From the NCBI RefSeq assembly GCF_001194135.2, contig NC_068983.1, positions 92,182,236 to 92,246,235 on the forward strand: a DNA stretch of 64,000 nucleotides. The letters run 5' to 3'. The notes below the pieces were generated by a model. That model worked only from the letters and a program-made list of their open reading frames with translations, searched no databases and was not told where the DNA came from. The stretch comes from Octopus bimaculoides (Eukaryota). This document shows positions 24,646-37,601 of the stretch, in pieces. A program made the translations under genes and the position numbers. Positions within the stretch are counted from its first letter, which is position 1, and each line of letters starts with the position of its first letter.

Positions 24646-27212
24646 CCCTTTTTGTTACTATATTTCTGACCAAAATACACCCCTCATGAGTTTCAATTAA
24701 ATTCTAAAATAATCATGAATTTAGACTAGTTTCATTAAACAGCTGTAACTTTTTTACTTATCAGCATATTAATGTGATATTTGGAACATAATTAAAGAAA
24801 GGGTTCTTAATCAATTCTATTGCATAATTTTTGTCGCAAAGTGACTCTATTTGCAGGTAAATCCAGGTAAACTGAGCAAAATGTAAAAATATTAAAATTT
24901 TGTTTAGACATTACCGTAGAAAATGAGTCCTCAGCTAATATTTAATTGAGATATGCAACAAAATTTTGATATAGAAGAATTGTGCACATCACTAGATTAT
25001 CTGTTGAATTTAATGCACAGAAGAACAGGTGTACCATAAAAGTAAAACAAACTGAAATACTGGGATTTGTTTTTGATGAAAACTAGAAAATTAAATACAA
25101 CTGAATGAAATATACTCACACACATACATGAATACACAAGAACATAAAGATTTACAATAGAAATTAAAGCAAAACTTGTCACTAACCTTACAGGCAAATT
25201 AAAATTAGAGGTAAATTAAAGTAAAAAGTTAAACTAAATATTTATACAATATTTATACAATCTAATTATACATTTATACAAACAATATTCACACAATATT
25301 TCTATCATGGAAAGTCGTAAAACATCCCACTCTACATACTGCAACCTTGCAGAATGCATATTGAGAAGACGTTTCAACTGGCTGTCCACTGGGAGTTTTT
25401 CTTCATTGAGGTAGACATTCACAGCTCTGCCTTTTGTGACCCCCGATTTTTTTCTAATTTGTATAGATCAGCTAAACCCAGAGGAATATCCTCTGGCAGG
25501 CTTTGCTTTTCCTTCCTGCAGTTATTTTTTTAGAGGAATAACCTGCCCTCAACTGCGTTGCTACATCTGCTCGGAACTGCAGATGGTTGCACTGCTTGTG
25601 AACCCCTCCTGATTTGGTATATAATATAAATGCATTTACAATGCTCATGTTTACTGTATACCAAACCATGTATCGCCACCATTTATTACCCGGTCTACCA
25701 ACTGGATAACTCATCATCTGGTTCAGCTGATCCACACCGCCCATGTACCTGTTATAATCAAGGTTTACAAACGGGGTTCCATTTTTATCTACACATGGCT
25801 GTGCACTGGTAGATAGAAAATTTATCTGCCTCTTATCTTCGTTTGCGGTCGCTAGCAGATTTCCTTTCTGCCGTTGGATTATTTCACCTCTTTTTTTTAA
25901 ATTTCTATTTTTATATATCCAATAGCAGCCCTTTTCTCTAGCAATTACTGTAGCACACACATTGCCACAGCTCCGAAATCCACTGCAAGTTTAACCGAAC
26001 TAAAAAATCATTCAAAAAATAATATACGGCCCTGGTTATGGTATGGAAGTGATAAATTCCAGACCACATCATACCCTAGGGCATGCTGACTAACATTATT
26101 GTCTGTTTTCCCTGTATAGAAGCTAAATCTACAGCAGTACCCAGTATTTGCTTCACATATTTTCCTAACTTTGATCCCCCAGTTTGTGGGCTTTCCTGGC
26201 ATATACTGTCAGAAGCATACCCTTCCTTTTTACCCCACCATGCCCTCATTGATGGATAAGTATCTCCCAGGGTTGTAAAATGTTTTATATGCATTTTGAA
26301 TGCAGTCGATGAGGTTTCTTATTTTAAATAAGGGATCAAAGTTTGGTTCTCCATGTACTGCTAGTGTCTCTCACATGTAAATATTGGTTTAGTTTAACAA
26401 ATCGTATTTGGGTCGTAATACTGGAAACATGCTGATTACCAAAAGGTTCCTGATTGCTCCAGTAATTTATAATTCTGGGTAACTGTCTTATACCCATAAT
26501 ATTTATGGTAAAAAATGCCCATATTTCATCTATGGTTGTAGGAAACCATAAGCTATCTTTTTTTCCAGCTTGTTTACATTCTGTGTAACAGTTTGTTTCC
26601 GCAGTGATTGCTTCAAACAAGCATGCTGGAAAAAATAAAAAGAAAAAAATCTAATGGTTTTGCTTCTTGAGAAAGACTGTGGGTAGACCTTGTCTCCTCA
26701 GAAAAATTGTTAATAAAAACATTTTAAAACTTTTTACTCCATTCTGGTGTAAAATCATCCTCGCTGTCTATGTCACTTCTTTCACTTTCTTCTATGTCAC
26801 TGCTTTCGGTTTCAGATACAGAAATATCCGATTCATTTTCGTCTACCACATGCTTTTGCACCTCATTTATTCTTTTCCTTGATATCTCCATATCTTCTAT
26901 TGAAAAGCCTTCAAATTCGGAATCACTTCTTGATAGCATGAAACTCCTCTCCATTTACAAAGTTGAAAAAAATTAATGCCGAGAAAATGTAGAAAAATAT
27001 CTTCCAAAATTCACTGTGTTCAAATATCACACCAAACAATGTCGGATACAATAACTCAACTGTTTGCAAAGTGAAATCACATGTTTTAACAAATGTACCA
27101 ATGAGATTTGGGTTCAAATTTACATTTAAATGACAATGAGTACTGTCAGCTGGCTACAGCCGGTTGGTCTTATGAATCAAAAAATTTTTCAGCTGGGTTA
27201 GTAATGAAAGGG
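24646..27212 (-). mobile_element. piggyBac transposon 1 with decayed transposase
   Basis: TTAA at 24642-45 and 27213-16, with TIR-like ends CCCTTTTTGTTACTA and CCCTTTCATTACTA. Transposase pieces: acidic N-terminus SDSEFEGFS, MPGKPTNWGIKV, YNRYMGGVDQLNQ, and a cysteine-rich C-terminus. Confidence 0.85.
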
Positions 27213-27702
27213 TTAAATACTTCACCATATTTTTAGTGTTTTCCCAGTTTTTATTTTTCTTTCAGCTAATAACTTGTCAAAAGTGACCTAATTTTTCTTG
27301 CAAACATCAGTTCAGCAGGTGACGTGCCTGAAAGGGATTTTGGGTTTGGTATTACACAGTAAACTCTCAGGAACTGTGTCAATGCTACATCATCCATTAA
27401 CTCATTCCTCGATTTCCTTCATGCCCTTTTAAACGTGTTCACAAAGCATTCAACTTGTCCATCTGATCTTGGGTGACATGGAGGAGTAGTGATATGTTCA
27501 GTTGAGATCATCTTGCAAAAATTCTTAAATTCATTCACCATAAATTGTGTACAGCTGTTGGAGACTATGCTGTCCAGGACACCATACCTTGCAAAAGGTT
27601 TGTGGAGAAAATCAATTGTTACCATGGAGGTTGGTTGTCTACATTTACACATTTCTGGCTGTTTTGTAAAGCTACCACTATTAGATAATATGATCTGTTT
27701 AA

Positions 27703-30290
27703 CCCTTTAGTGTTCAGATTAATTGGCAAATGTAATGCTTATCTTTTCACATTAATTTTGATTTATTCAGGTTCAAGTGGGATGTCCACAATATTTGCTT
27801 GTAACTTTGTTAATTTTCTACATACAGATTTGAAACTTTGTAAATGGATGCTTATATACCAGTGGTTTATAATTACGTAATTTTAGCTGGTCTTTCTGAC
27901 AAAATTTGACTTTCATGGGCAGGTAAATTTAATTAGCAGGTGTAAAAATAATAGCATTATGAATAAACACTAAAATTCATATTCTTAATACATCTTACCT
28001 GTTTGGTTTACTGCTAAAATTATCCCAGATGTCAACCGCCAACAATTTTACATTTTTCAAGATGAGGTACATTAATTTGAATGAATTAAAATACAGGTGT
28101 AATCGGTAGAAGATTTTACTCTTTTTCTATATTTCATTCAAACGTTATCATTGAAAATAAAGTACAAAATTCTTTTACTAGTCAATATACCATTGGCTAT
28201 GCACTCTTATACAATTTAACAAATTCATTTACGTAACAGAATGCATCTAATAAAAACATCTCATTAACAGGTGAGACAAAGGTGAATAGAGGTGTGTAAC
28301 ATACTGAAAATTAATATGTAGTTCTCACTTTCACATATTATATAATAAAATCAAAAGGAATATACAAAATTATACACTTATGCCATATTTCTGTCGTGAA
28401 ACTGTCCAAAGCACCCTTTACACAAGGACACTTTGCAAAATGAACACATATATGAGGTCTCGACCTGATATCTTTTTGCAGTGAACAGTCTGTAAACTTT
28501 TTTCCTTCCATTTATCTCTTTGACTTGATGAAAGTCAATATTTTCTCTGTTGACATCCACCTCAGTTAATTTTGCTTTTCTCCCAGTTCTGTGCTTTCTA
28601 GAAGAAAAGCCCTCACGTAACTGAGATGCGATGTCAACCCAAAATTTCAAGTGGTTGTAGTCTTTTGGTGGTGGAGATACTTTGTGGCTTTTTACATATA
28701 CAATATATGAATTTACTATAGTTAAATTAACTAAAAACCACAAAATGTACCTCCACTATTTCTTCCCAGGTTGATCAACTGGGTAATATGCCCGATATTG
28801 GTCAGATTTATCAACCCCACCCATATATTTGTTATAACAAATATTCACAAGGGGTTTCCCCTCAGCACCAACACCAGGTTGTTCATTAGAAGACGGAAAT
28901 AAAATCTGTCTTTTGTCTTTAACAGTAGTAACCAATAAATTTTCTTTTTGCATTTGTAAAATGTCCCCTCTTCTTTTTAATTTTGTTTTCATTTCATAGG
29001 GCAAACCTTTACGGTTTCCCATAACAGTACTGCACATGTAAGTACTTACACAGGCAAGATTTTCCGCCAAAGCCACTGAAGAAAAAATGGTCGAAATAGA
29101 GGTGTCGGTGCTGATGGTGAAACGGTTGTGTAAGAGACCATACAAAATCATGCCCCAATCCATGTGGTCTTTTCCCATTATATTTTTTACCTGTGTAAAC
29201 ATCGAAGTTTACACAATATTCCGTTTCCGATTCACAAACTTCCCATACCTTGATTCCCCCATTTAGTAGGTTTGGCAGGCATGTACTGCCGAAAATGTAC
29301 TCTGCTCTTATAGCCTATCATGGCTTCATCTACACTGAGATTTTTCCCAGGTAGATACACAGTTTTATAATTATTAACAAGTAAATCGATGACAGGATGT
29401 ACTATGTACAGGAGATCGTAGTTTGGGTCGTTTTTGTTGGGGGCATTAGCAGAATCAGTTAAATGCAAATATTGAGATATTTTCGAATACCTCGTCTTTG
29501 ACATTATACTCAAAATATATAGATTGCCATACCTTACATCCTGATGTAAGGTATAGTTCCACAGTCGAGGAAGCTGTTTAACACCAAACATAATATTAAT
29601 TGTAAAAAACGCTCTCATTTCTGCAGTATTAGTTGGTTGCCATAGTGGATCGTTTCATCCACGAACAGAAATTAAATGTTGCGCATATCTGTTTGTTTCC
29701 TTCGCAACATTTTCAAAAAAACTTTCTGGTAAAAATAAATACAAGTAGTCTAATGGTTGAGCATCAGGAGGTAAATTGTGTTGTGGACCAGTGTTTTCTG
29801 GAAAATCAGAAATAGTGTTTGGTGTTGTAATTTTTGACCATGTTGCCATGTTTACGATATCATTTTCATTACTTTCATTTTCATCACTTTCGTCATCAAA
29901 ATCTTCCTCGTCTGATGAATAATCACTGATATCGATATCAGATTCATCTGAAGACAAAATACTTTCGTTTTTATTTATATTTTCTATATCATCAATTGTA
30001 AATCCTTCAAAGTCGGAATCGCTACTTGCTGATGCCATTTCTTTCACAACCAAGGTAAACCCTTCTCTTCAAACGTTGAAAAAACCATGTGGTCTAGACA
30101 ATTTCACAGTTTTTATACTTGAATAAAGGCGGGAAAGGCTTCGTCTCGCATTATCTCAAAGCTACGAGAATTCAATAATGTGATTTGTTTATTTTTTTAG
30201 CGATTTCATAGAGCTTTTGGATACAGTCGACTGGAACAAATAAAAGGGAATTAATTTTGACCGGTTACGGGCGGTTTGAACACTAAAGAG
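27703..30290 (-). mobile_element. piggyBac transposon 2 with decayed transposase
   Basis: TTAA at 27699-702 then CCCTTTAGTGTTCA; right end TGAACACTAAAGAG followed by CTAA (degenerate TSD). LSVDEAMIGYK..YMPAKPTKWG, YNKYMGGVDKSDQ, C-terminal CSFCKVSLCKGCF. Confidence 0.85.
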
Positions 30291-33068
30291 CTAATAGTCC
30301 TACAAATTTTGTGTAGCTTGGTCTATAGAATATCGGTCTTGGGCCAAGGTTGGAATTTTATAGGTGGTGATTTTGCTGCAAAGCTACAGCCTCTGCAGGA
30401 TTTTACCAATTTCTCAATATCTAGATACATTTTCGACCAGTAAGGATAACTCCTCAGAAGCGACTTCATCCTAGAAATTCCTGAATATCCAGTGTGGAAT
30501 TCCTTTAACATTTGATTTTGTAGTGAAACAGACATTACAACCCTCTGTGCATACATAAGCACATTATCACATATCACATCCAAGTTCAAAACTGTGTTTC
30601 ATCCAACCACACATTTCTTTTATTTGTTTCTTCTGATCTCACTGTTTTGTTTCATTTCTATGATAAGTTCATCCGTTTCTGCCTTAATTTTCATTTCCTC
30701 CAATGTGACAGGCACTTCATGCACAACATTGCACAATATATTTTTAATTTCATTTTTGGCTCTTAATGCCACTATCACTGTATCTTCTAGTGGTTCACTG
30801 TATTTTGGTATTTACCTTGACAAACCATCTGCATGTCCCAATTTTTTGAAGTCATAATTTAGTTGGATTGTTCCCCAGCACTAATCTATTGACTGTATGT
30901 ATGGGTATACCCTTTTTTGATCCATAGATCAACAATAATGGGTGTTGGTCTGTCTGCAAACAATGTATAAATTTATGGAATATTCTAACCACAAATATGA
31001 TGACTAATGCTTCCTTCTCCATCTGACTAACTTTTCTCAGCTGGCAATAAGGAACGCAAAGCATGAGCTACAGCCTTTCAGGCTACCATCTTTAAATTTG
31101 TGTAAAATCACAGCTCCAATACTACTTTCATTAGTGTCTGATGCCATTACTATTTCTAAATCCAGGTCAAAATGTGGTCACAACAATTCCAATGTTAAGA
31201 TGTTTTTAATTTCCTCAAAAGCTTTTGGCACCTGTCCGACCAGTGCCACTTTTTTCAACAAGTTATTCAGGGGTACTTTTAAATCATACATATTCAGTAT
31301 GTATATCTGGTAGTAATTTGCAAGCCCCCAAAATGCTTGTAATGTAATGTTTGTCAGAGGAGGCATATTTTTTATTGCCCCTCACCTTTGACTGATCTGG
31401 TGTGCATCCATTTTCATCAATAATCTGCCCTTTTATTCTTGGCATTTACACTTTTCCTCATTGAGCTTAAAACCATAATCTTTTATTATTTTTTTTGAAG
31501 ACCTTTTTAACATGCTCATCATGCTGACCACGAGATTCACTTTTTTATGAGTATGTTGTCAAGGTAAGCTATAGTGAAATCCGAACCTGTGAGCATAGTG
31601 TTTATAACATGAAAAAAATTTTCCTCCATTCAACTTCATGAAAATTTCTTCCAGACTTGGTAACGGGTAATTATATGGCATCCAACAATCATTTAACCTT
31701 GCTGAAAAATCAGGACATACACGGATTTTTTTTTTTTTTCTTGATATAAACTGTTGGGGATGCCCACTTAGCATAATCAATTTTTGCAATAACCCCAAGC
31801 TTTTCAAGTCTATCCAATTCTTTGTTGACTTGTTTTAATGCTGTGAAAGGTACAATTGTTTTTGGTTTAAATACTGGTATAGCATTTTCTTTTACTTGAA
31901 CTTCACCTTCGTTTGGGTGCAAAGACTTAATTCATTGGAAAAAACTTCAGGAAAAGTCATTTTTAATTCATTTGATACCTTATTTGTACTGGTGGAAGAA
32001 CCATTCACATTTTTACAAAAAAAAACTTATGGGGATGTCCCATAAATTAAATAATTCCGTCCAGTCTGTTTCAAATAAACTTATCATATTATTCAGCACA
32101 AAAACTTTGGCTTTCAAGGTTTTTCCATGAAATGTAACGTCACTTATCATTTTACCCTTAAAATATAATTTTTTTCCTGAAACACCATGTGCAATTTTTG
32201 AAATTTCTTTCAATCTAGGTTTCCTGGTTTTTCTCTATGTATCTGCATTAATTATCGTGATATCACTGCCCATATCCAATTGTAACTCGATATTCACATT
32301 ATTCATTTTTATGGACTCAAATTTTCTTTTCTGGGCCTCGCTTAGAATTTTTGTTGACAGTACTTTCTTACCAGAATTTTGTTCATTTGACCTTTCTTTT
32401 GTTTTGTTCTACAATGTGAGCTTTTATGTCCAATTTTCCCACACTCAAAGCATTTTAAATTTTTGAAAGGACAGTTACCTTTAAAATGTAAGCCTCCACA
32501 CCCATAGCATGGATTGGGTCTTGACATTTGTTTTTCTTGTTTTTTGTCCATTACAAGTCAACATGCATAAATATGAGAGCAGTCTTTTTCTTCAGATTTA
32601 TCCATGTCATGTCTTAAATTTATCCACGTCATGTCTTAAATTTATCATCCTCTGGCATTCTTCTGCTACTGCCTGTAGAGTTAATTTTTGGTCCAGTTCA
32701 AATTTTGTGAATATCCAGAAACATATATCTGCATCTTTGCTTGTAATTAGCCCCTCAACAAAAATTCAGCATATAAACATGTCTGATGTTAGTTCATTCA
32801 CCGTAACAACCCATGTAATTTGCACACCTGTATAATTCATGCAGGTGATTTTCAGGATAAAAATTGTTTAAAAAAAGCTTCTACTTGTGTAAAATTTGCA
32901 CCCAAAAGGTTTCAGAATTGCCAATATGGCCAGGGGAAAAAGGTTTTCAGTTTAGCTGTATTTAGCATAATTTCACTTATGATTAGATTTAATTAAATTT
33001 TCATTAAATAAAAATGATTTCTGTTTAGCAGGTATTACATTGAAAGCTATTAAATTACGAAGTGTTTG

Positions 33069-33105
<37 letters not shown>

Positions 33106-34399
33106 TTAACGTCTGTTTGTTTATAATAAACTTTATTTTACATTTCTTGCCCACAAGAGATTATGTCTGATCTTTAGCATACTTCTGTATGTCTTCTCAA
33201 ATCACGATCACAGGAATAGTTGTTAATTCTTATCAACAAAAACAAAGCTGATAAATACACACAAGTATTTAAATGAATTGGTAATTAAATAAGTTTAATT
33301 ACCAATAAACATCAGCTTGGATGACACGTTACTCAACTGACAGAAGAAGGTGACCAATCAAGCTGATTATGTAAACAGAATTCTGATTGGTCGAAAGTGT
33401 CTTCTTGTCTCAAGCTCTGATTTTCCACCTATTCTTGTCAGAACCTTTGATACGGGGTTTCAAAATTTTAATCCCTTTCACACTTATAAAATGTCAAGCA
33501 AACTTTAGAATTGTCATTACCGTTTTAGCCAGGAGACCAAACTGATAGTTTGGTAACCTGCTAAAACAAACATTAAAAATTGAAAGGAGAAAATAAACAG
33601 CTTTGCAAGTTTAACTCGGTGTTTGTTGAACAAAAGAGATGCGAAATTTAAGAAGAAACCTGTTAGAATATACACGTTTGTGAGGAGACATAAACAAGAA
33701 TAACTAAAATCTACTATATCAAAAGAACTGGTAATTCATACATTACAGGTGTTCTATGAAGAGAGCATAAGATTGCTGCATAATTCAACATGAATGTGAA
33801 ATGACATTAAACATCATATAAGGTAAATGAAGGTTTCTGTAGGAACGCTAAGTAATATTCACTTAGTGAGTTTGCATGCGCAAGGATGAATTATGATGTT
33901 GTCATCAGCATTAGATGCATAAGAGCTGGTAGCAGTGATGTTGGCAGTGATGAATTTTATTGTCCTAATGTGGAGAAAGCGAGCAGTAGCTTTCTGGAGG
34001 CAAACACAAGCTAGACTTCTTAAACAGAGAAAGATTGATCTATTTAAGGAAATTGCTGGGCTCTATTGCGATAGGTAGAAACTCTAAGCAATGTAAAATA
34101 TGGCCTGAACTGTGATTATCAGCATGAGCATCAAACTTCAAAAATTAGTTAACCATTTAATGGTTTTAGTAAATTTATACAGAAAATGTAAGCATTATAC
34201 TGGCCAGCATAAATAAAAGTCAACTTCAGCGTATTTTTTCTGTAAAAAATCTATTCTGACATTAAATGAGTCCAGTTCTAGTACGAATGTTTACATTTGT
34301 ATGTCATTTTTCAACAAAAAACACAGGTCACTTTGCTTGCAGCAGGCTGCTTTGGCAAAAGATTTGCCCTTTAAATTGGCATGTCAGAGAAAACATTGA

Positions 34400-35350
34400 C
34401 GCCTAAGTGCACTGAAAAAAGAATGGCAGAATAGCATTTTTAAACATTCCAGAGGAAATAGATGAAGATACTAAAAAAGATTATTATATATGAATGTATT
34501 TCAACAAAAACCAGAAGACTGGAATGAGTGATGCAGGCCCAGATCAAACAGTGCCAAAGATCAGTGTGGGGAATAAGCACTTATGTCACTCATGGGAGAT
34601 GCTTTGGCACAGTTGAGGTGAGATTCCCAACTGAAGAAATGGCCAAAAAAAAGTGTAACAGCAACCCTCAAAAGTGAAAAATTGTGGCTAATTCTGAAAT
34701 ACCTCTGTCAAAGGGTTGTTAAAATAAAGGTAGAAGAGGTTCCACTAGAAGCATACACATCTCTTTACTGTTGGCAAGCTGTATTATACAGCATACAGAG
34801 CAAAACAATAAGTCCCTAAATGCACAAAATGTGAAAGGAAAATTTGTCTAGCACAGGAATGGAATTATGGACACATGTTGATTAGAACAGTATCAAAGCA
34901 ATTCCTGACCTGATCAATCTCCCTAATGGTACACAGTTATTCATAACATTTGACGGCAGAAAACTGAAATGCTACATTTGTGGCAAGACAAAGGCTTTCT
35001 GCCTCATTTAAAAAAAAAAGGATCCCTCCACCTGCTGAAGACACATCTAACACAACAACAACATCAAAAGCAACAGTAGCAGCACCACCAACAATAGCAC
35101 CAACTGCATCAGTGCCAAGAGCAGTAGCATCCCAAACAACAATAGCATGAACAGAAAGAGCAGCTGGAGAAATCTACTCAATAACATCAGCAGCAAATAC
35201 CGGTACCACACCGAAGAAAAACAACATCACCTGCATCATTGCAAGTGAGTGAGGCCTCACCAGTCAACCAGATCACCAGCTTAGATATGAGTGACTGTGC
35301 AGACATGCCTCTCCATCTGCCATAGATTTCTCTGGCTATGAAAACTCATC
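34400..35350 (+). mobile_element. Decayed L1/Tx1-like ORF1 (gag-like) fragment
   Basis: Manual translation gives FGTVEVRFPTEEMAKK...IPDLINLPNGTQLFITFDGRKLKCYICGKTKAFC, a degenerate CCHC knuckle in ORF1-like context. Followed by low-complexity Thr/Ser/Ala sequence. Confidence 0.5.
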
Positions 35351-36063
35351 TAATGAGGAAAACAGTTTGGGAAAACTACCAGAATGAATCCTGATGAAAG
35401 AGAAGAGAAAAAATTTTTTTATAGAAAACATAGTACAATACTGAAAACGAAGAGGTTAGAGGAGATACAGAAACCAACAAACCATCACACACTCTACACC
35501 ATCACAATTACAAACATCTCTAACACTACAAGCACCATCACCATTACAAACACCCCCGACAAACATAGCAATCAAGACTAACAACGTGAACAGCTCTCTC
35601 AAGGCATCATCAATTACATGACCATCAACACAACAACAAGGACTTATTAAAAATACATTAAAAAATGTACAGACATTACTCTAAATTAATGCATTATACC
35701 CCTGCATAACATACCTATTCAGATAAAAATTATAAAAACAATACAACAAATTCAGAACAAACTAAGTAAATGGGCAGTTTGAAAGACGATGTGGGGAGGG
35801 CACTTGCCCTAATGGTCAAAGTGACTATAGTTTTGTGGGATCTCTTTGAGCTGCCCTAGAAAGTCACTTTTGGGGAATTTTTCATAGTTAAAATTTATTT
35901 TAACATTTTTACTGTTTAACCACTTCATTTTATGTAAGCTCACATTGTATCATCCTGTACCATCCCCAGTATTTTATGTGAGCCCTTAGTGGTGAATAAA
36001 GAAAGCATCATTATTATTATTATTACTACCATTAGCACCATCGTTGTATTCATTCATCTATAT

Positions 36064-37375
36064 CACTGGTTAACAAGTTTTCTGGCACAAGGTTTATCAA
36101 TGGCTTTTGGCTAATTTTAGGGTGCTGAATCCAAATCTGGGATCAGATTTTGTCTATTACATCAGATTTTTGAGATATAAATTCTTTTACTTTTGCTAGA
36201 AACAGCTATTTAATGCTCATAAAGGAAAAATTAGATATACATAGATGCAATTTTTAATGGACATATGTCTTTTTTTTAAACCTAATGAATCAAAACTCAA
36301 AGTTGTGGGAGTAAATGCACATTAGCATGTAAGAATTAAGCTTGGTGATAACAAAGTGAATTCTAAATCTCTGTTCATTGTGGTTATTCATTCTGATCAT
36401 CTTATTACTGCAAAGATTCCTCTTTTTTGATGATCTCTTGTGCACAGCTTCTGGAATGTCTTTCATCAAGCTCCAACAGTAGTCTGTCATGTTTTGAGTC
36501 CCATTGGCTTCGGTAGCATTCTTGCATTACTTTTACATCTTGATGAAAGTGTTCACCTTGTTCTTCACTAACATCACCCAGTTCTTTGGAAACTCACTCA
36601 AGTGACTGTGTAAGTAGTGCAATTTAATGCTCATTCTACAGCGAAGTGCTTGCAAACTCAAGAGCAGCTCCTCCACAATCTTTTGATAGTTGTTAGCTTT
36701 CCTGTTCCCAAGGAAATTCCACACCACATCAGAGAAGGCATTCCGAGTTCTAGCCTCCACTGCATCATTGTTGTAACAAAATGCTGATCCTTGAGGAGTG
36801 TTCTGCCTTCTTCTTCTTGTCACTGAGATTTGGAAAGGTTGTACATATATATCTGGAGCAATCTCCATTGTGATCAAGAGCTTTGATGAATTGCTTCATC
36901 ACAGCAAGTTTTATGTGCAGTGGGGGGGAAAACAATGTTTTTCCTATCAACTAGAGTGTCATTAATGACATCTTTATCACCTAGTATCAGACTGTTTCTT
37001 GGGTGGGTGGGGGTGTTATTCTTTTTTCACCCAGTGATCCTTTGTAGCCCTATTGCAGTAGCACAGAAAACAAGAGTGCTTAATGTAACCTACTTGCTGG
37101 CCCACTAGAAGGTTTACCACTTTCAAACTGACACAAATTACCCATCTATGAACATTATATTGCAACCTTTCCAGAACAATATTGATGTTGGCATACTCCT
37201 CTTTCATTTCTATAGAGTGTCCTATTGGGATTGAGCCATACAAATTCCTATTGTGAAGTAAAACACACTTCAAGCTGCTTTTAGAGCTGTCAATAAAATG
37301 TGAATTATATGCCAGCAGTCTCATATTGAGAAGAAGCTCTTCAATATCATTACAATAAACAGGTGATGTTGGGGG
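36064..37375 (-). mobile_element. Chapaev3-like (CMC) DNA transposon relic
   Basis: Minus-strand WVICVSLKVV, LHIKLAVMKQFIKAL, MSIKLHYLHSHL..FP and a broken DEQGE.FHQD motif. Left end CACTGGTTAAC with subterminal GGTGCTGAATCC. The family name is from memory of these motifs. Confidence 0.6.
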
Positions 37376-37387
37376 AACAAACACAGA

Positions 37388-37429
<42 letters not shown>

Positions 37430-37444
37430 CACACATATATACAA

Positions 37445-37601
37445 CAGGCTTCTTTCAGTTTCCGTCTACCAAATCCACTCACAATGCTTTGGTCAGCCCG
37501 AGGCTATAGTAGAAGACACTTGCCCAAGGTGCCACGCAGTGGGACTGAACCCGGAACCATGTGGTTGATAAGCAAGCTACTTACAACACAGCCACTCCTG
37601 C
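37445..37601 (-). mobile_element. tRNA-derived SINE (family A)
   Basis: Minus strand reads GCAGGAGTGGCTGTG..., B-box-like GGTTCAGTCCC, TTGGGCAAGTGTCTTCTACTATAGC, then an (AT)/(GT) tail. A second copy lies at 63831-63972. Confidence 0.85.

Larger units (their letters stand above)
24340..32835 (-). mobile_element. Gypsy LTR-retrotransposon internal region (gag-PR-RT-RH-IN), split by two piggyBacs
   Basis: Double zinc knuckle CYGCGGLH...CFECGKIGHKSSHC (32342-32551), protease LQLDMGSDITII (about 32270), RT WASP.V and YNYPLP, RNase H SQMEKEALVIIF. Integrase pieces at 30323-30589, 27240-27700 and 24400-24645 rejoin across the TTAA sites. No LTRs found. Confidence 0.85.

Noticed and set aside
24646-30290. 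PGBD3-style exon trap or domesticated piggyBac fusion with scrib
   Set aside because: Both piggyBacs are antisense to scrib and their transposases are broken by stops and frameshifts.
37540-37601. tRNA gene
   Set aside because: Only A/B-box-like remnants forming a SINE head, with no cloverleaf, continuing into a SINE body. The same applies to the family-B heads.
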